DNA of 64,000 nt from an uncultured Methanosarcinales archaeon (GTDB taxonomy: Archaea; Nanobdellota; Nanobdellia; Woesearchaeales; CAZOXR01): the NCBI GenBank assembly GCA_964566535.1, contig CAZMIO010000001.1, positions 1 through 64,000 of the forward strand, given 5' to 3'. The notes under the pieces were generated by a model. The model worked only from the letters and a program-made list of their open reading frames with translations. It was not told where the DNA came from and did no database searches. A program made the position numbers and the translations under genes. Below, in pieces: positions 60,342 to 64,000 of the stretch. Position 1 is the first letter of the stretch, and the number at the start of each line of letters is the position of its first letter.

Positions 60342-61151
60342 ATGAAAAAAGGGGTAATACTAAGTTCAATTAGGGATGTAGTTAGACTAATTAGTAAGAA
60401 TAAGAGGATGTTTCTTGTTATGGCTGTTATTCAACTGATATTTTTCTCTTTGCTGGCTGTTTTATTGTCAACTTATGTTGTTAAGATTGGAATCAGCGCT
60501 TCAAAGATTTTAGAATATGTTGAAAGCACGGATCTTGATGAGGCTGCTGTTACCACAAAGATGCTGAAGCAGGAAGAGTTTTTAGGTGATGATCCTACGC
60601 TGATATTCAGGGAGTCTAAAACAATAATATCTTCTTTGATATTCTTATTTGTTTATTTACTGCTTTTGTTTTTAGTTTTGGAAGGTTTGAATTGGGCTTT
60701 AATGGATGGTTTGATTCGCAAGAAAAAGTTTAAGGAGATTTTTTCTTATATTGGTAAGTTTTCTGGAGTTCTTCTTGTTTATTTATCGTTCTTGTTTTTA
60801 TTTTTAAGAGCTATTTTTATTGGTGTTAATCTGGAGAATTTTAGCTTTTTTGATTTAATTCCATTATTGTTTGTTGTTGTATTGTTTTATTTTATGTTTT
60901 TATCTTTAGCTTTGGTTGGTGGAAGAAGTTTTAAGGAGATATTTAAGAGAACATTTCTTGTGGGTATACGTAAATGGGATGTTATGCTCTTGAGTTATTT
61001 ATTGATGTTAGTTGTTATGGGTTTATTGACTGCTTTATGGATGTTTTTGGCTGAGATGCACATTATTTTAGTTGTGTTGAGTTTATTGCTTTTTGTGGTT
61101 AGTTTTATTTTAATGCGGATATTTTTGGTTGTGGTTGTTGATAAGGCATAG
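60342..61151 (+). CDS. Multi-pass membrane protein
   Basis: About six hydrophobic helices. Confidence 0.75.
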   Translation: MKKGVILSSIRDVVRLISKNKRMFLVMAVIQLIFFSLLAVLLSTYVVKIGISASKILEYVESTDLDEAAVTTKMLKQEEFLGDDPTLIFRESKTIISSLIFLFVYLLLLFLVLEGLNWALMDGLIRKKKFKEIFSYIGKFSGVLLVYLSFLFLFLRAIFIGVNLENFSFFDLIPLLFVVVLFYFMFLSLALVGGRSFKEIFKRTFLVGIRKWDVMLLSYLLMLVVMGLLTALWMFLAEMHIILVVLSLLLFVVSFILMRIFLVVVVDKA

Positions 61152-61182
61152 ATTTTTAAAAAATAAGTGCTTTCTTCTTTCT

Positions 61183-63600
61183 ATGGTTAAGGTGCAGTTC
61201 TTTCCTTTGGATGTGAATTATAGGGTAGTTAATGATAAGGCTATTGTTTCTTTGTTTGGCAGAACATTGGATGGGAAGCAGATATGCGCTGTTGATGACA
61301 GTTTTATGCCTTATTTTTATGTTTTGGCAAAAGATGTTAATGTTGTTTCTGCTAAACTTTCGAATATTAGGGTTGAGAGAGAGGATAAAGTAAGTTCTGT
61401 TGTAAAGACAGAGGTTGTTGATAAGAAGTTTTTGAGTAAGGAGGTTAAGGCAATTAAGGTTTATGTTAAATTGCCTAGGGATGTTCCTGTTATTAGGGAT
61501 GTAATTAAGGATTGGGAGATAATTGAGTCAATACATGAGTATGACATTCTGTTTACACGAAAATATTTGGTGGATAATGGGATTGTGCTATCTACACTTG
61601 TTGAGTTTTCTGGTGAAGAGATTAATGAAAAGTCTAAGGTTCAGGTTTTTAAGGTTGATTCTATTAGTACAATTGAAGGGGAGTCTTTGAAAGACTTACG
61701 GGTGTTGGCTTTTGATATTGAAACTTATAATCCTGATGGGAAGGGAATAAATTCTGAGAAGAATCCTATTTTGATGGTTGCTCTTTATGGGGACGGTTTT
61801 AAGAGAGTGGTTACTTGGAAGGATGTTTCCGGTGATGATATTGAGGTAGTTTCTGATGAAGGTGCTTTGTTGAATAGGTTTAAGGAGTTAGTTGCTGAGT
61901 ATAAGCCTGATGTTATTACTGGTTATTACTCAGATGGTTTTGATTTTCCTTATTTGAAGGCTAGGGGAGTGAAGAATAGGGTTAAACTTGATCTTGGGCT
62001 TGATTTTAGCGAGATGATTGTTAAGGGTGAGAAGGTTAAGGTTGTTGGTATTACTCACATTGATGTGTTTAAGCTGATTGTTAAGACTATGAAGGGTACT
62101 TTGGAGACTGATTCTTATAGTTTAGATAATGTTGCTTTTGAATTGTTAGGTGAGAAGAAGGATTCTGTTGATTTAGATAAATTGGCTGATGTTTGGGATA
62201 ATGATGTTTCTGGGTTGGGTGAGTATTGTAAGTATAATTTGCAGGATGCTAAGCTTACTTACGACTTATGTAAGAAGTTGCTTCCTACACTGCTTGAGTT
62301 GGTTAAGATTGTTGGGTTGTCTATGCATGATGTTAATAGGATGGGTTTTTCGCAGTTGGTTGAGGGTTATTTGTTGAAGCAAGCTTACGATTTTAATGAA
62401 ATAGCGCCTAATAAGCCGCATTATACTGAGATTGGTAAGAGACGTATGCAGACATATAAGGGAGGGTTTGTTTTTGAGCCGAAACCTGGTTTGTATGACA
62501 ATATTGTTATTTTTGATTATAGAAGTTTGTATCCTTCTATCATTTCTTCTCATAATATTTCTCCTGGTACGTTGAATTGTAGTTGTTGTTCTGGTGATGA
62601 GGTTCCTGGTGAGAAGTTTAGGTTTTGTAAGAAGGTTAAGGGTTTTGTTCCTACACTTATTGGTGAGTTGATTACTCGTCGAATGAGAATTAAGGAGATT
62701 ATTAAGAAGAAGGATGATAGCTTTCTTAGGGCTAGAGATACTGTTTTGAAACTGCTTGCTAACTCTTTTTATGGTTATTTAGGTTTTTTTGGTGCAAGGT
62801 GGTATAGTTTGGAGTGTGCAAAGTCAGTAACTTCTTATGGTAGGGCTTATATCCAGGATGTTATTTCTAAGGCTACGGAGTCTGGTTTTGAGGTTCTGTA
62901 TTCGGATACTGATTCGGTTTTTTTGAGTCTTAATGATAAAACTGAAGATGATGCTTTGAAGTTTATTGATAGAGTTAATGTTAAACTGCCTGGCCTTATG
63001 GAGATGGAGTATGAGGGGTTTTATCCTTGCGGACTTTTTGTTTCTGCTAAGGACTCTGGTAGTGGTGCTAAGAAGAAGTATGCTTTGATTACGTCTGAGG
63101 GTAAGTTGAAGATTAAGGGTTTTGAGGCAGTTAGGCGTAATTGGAGTGTGATTGCTAAAGAGGTTCAGGAGAAGGTTTTGCGATTGGTTTTGGCGTCTAA
63201 AGATTCTGCTGCTGCTCTTAAGTATGTTAAGGAAGTTGTTAATGATTTAAGGAAAGGCGAGGTTGAGATTGATAAGTTGATTATTAAAACACAATTGCAG
63301 AAAGAGATTGGTTCGTATGATTCTGTTGGTCCGCATGTTGCGGTTGCAATTAGGATGAAGGAGAAAGGTGAAGAGGTTGCTGTTGGTTCTGTTATCTCTT
63401 ATGTTGTTGGTTCTGGTGCTGGTAGGATTAGGGATAAGGCGGTGTTGCCATCTGATGCTAAGGATTATGATGCAGATTACTATATTAACAATCAAGTAGT
63501 TCCTTCGGTTGAGAAGATACTTGATGTGTTTGGTTATTCTAAAGAAGATATATTGGCTGGGAAGGGGCAGAAGAAGCTTGATGGGTTTTTTAAAAGTTGA
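61183..63600 (+). CDS. polB: Family B DNA polymerase
   Basis: FDIET, DYRSLYPS, KLLANSFYGY, YSDTDS, KKKYA. Confidence 0.97.
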   Translation: MVKVQFFPLDVNYRVVNDKAIVSLFGRTLDGKQICAVDDSFMPYFYVLAKDVNVVSAKLSNIRVEREDKVSSVVKTEVVDKKFLSKEVKAIKVYVKLPRDVPVIRDVIKDWEIIESIHEYDILFTRKYLVDNGIVLSTLVEFSGEEINEKSKVQVFKVDSISTIEGESLKDLRVLAFDIETYNPDGKGINSEKNPILMVALYGDGFKRVVTWKDVSGDDIEVVSDEGALLNRFKELVAEYKPDVITGYYSDGFDFPYLKARGVKNRVKLDLGLDFSEMIVKGEKVKVVGITHIDVFKLIVKTMKGTLETDSYSLDNVAFELLGEKKDSVDLDKLADVWDNDVSGLGEYCKYNLQDAKLTYDLCKKLLPTLLELVKIVGLSMHDVNRMGFSQLVEGYLLKQAYDFNEIAPNKPHYTEIGKRRMQTYKGGFVFEPKPGLYDNIVIFDYRSLYPSIISSHNISPGTLNCSCCSGDEVPGEKFRFCKKVKGFVPTLIGELITRRMRIKEIIKKKDDSFLRARDTVLKLLANSFYGYLGFFGARWYSLECAKSVTSYGRAYIQDVISKATESGFEVLYSDTDSVFLSLNDKTEDDALKFIDRVNVKLPGLMEMEYEGFYPCGLFVSAKDSGSGAKKKYALITSEGKLKIKGFEAVRRNWSVIAKEVQEKVLRLVLASKDSAAALKYVKEVVNDLRKGEVEIDKLIIKTQLQKEIGSYDSVGPHVAVAIRMKEKGEEVAVGSVISYVVGSGAGRIRDKAVLPSDAKDYDADYYINNQVVPSVEKILDVFGYSKEDILAGKGQKKLDGFFKS

Positions 63601-63644
63601 GTTGAAGAAATAAATAAAAGGACTATTTGTGATTATTATTATTA

Positions 63645-64000
63645 TTATGCTACTATTTCTGGAACAGTGACTACTGAATCTTGTATATGGTGTTTAGGAT
63701 TAATTGGAGCAGAAATCTGCTGGGTAAAGTTCTCTTCACTGGAAAAAATTGGAATAATTTTGTTTCTTAATTTTCCGATAAAATTTAATCGAATTGATAT
63801 GATGTTATTTTTAATTGAAGCTTTGAAATCTCCATGAACTAAGTTATTAAATATTAGTTTTTTAAGACCTGATACTTTTGAAACATCAAAAATTCTGATT
63901 CCAGTAATAAAATTTTCTGTATCAAAATCAATTATAAAATTTTGAAATTCCACTGACATTTTGTAATCCCTATCCCTAATTCTAAAGGTCAGCATATCAT
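63645..64000 (-). CDS. DUF2283-like protein, 5' end outside the window
   Basis: D.L...Y..SVE...IIDFD....ITGIRIFD.S. Confidence 0.6.
   Translation of the reverse strand, partial: DMLTFRIRDRDYKMSVEFQNFIIDFDTENFITGIRIFDVSKVSGLKKLIFNNLVHGDFKASIKNNIISIRLNFIGKLRNKIIPIFSSEENFTQQISAPINPKHHIQDSVVTVPEIVA

Overview
AT-rich, densely packed archaeal chromosome segment. Archaeal information genes (Rpo4, eL21, aIF2-gamma, eS6, aEF1-beta, Trm1, TFB, archaeal ThrRS, PolB), TATA promoters and intron-containing tRNAs, mixed with bacterial-type metabolic genes, suggest a DPANN/Woesearchaeota-like organism (inference). It encodes pyrimidine (pyrB, I, D, K, C, E, F, G), purine/folate (folD, purN, purH) and aspartate-family (dapL, hom, asd) genes, a class III RNR operon with NrdR, Rad50, and five tRNAs carrying six introns. 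Main observations: (1) a free-standing LAGLIDADG endonuclease between an orphan tRNA 5' fragment and an intact tRNA-Pro; (2) an ECF sigma-factor-like protein with duplicated HTH modules, one of several Lys-poor orphans; (3) a family of nested double-hairpin TGTCA...TGACA repeats; (4) a synonymously recoded duplicate of the thrS 3' end; (5) NrdR boxes bracketing an archaeal TATA box; (6) a four-paralog operon of unknown function; (7) probable ATT and ATA start codons. All calls come from reading motifs by eye; no database searches were run.
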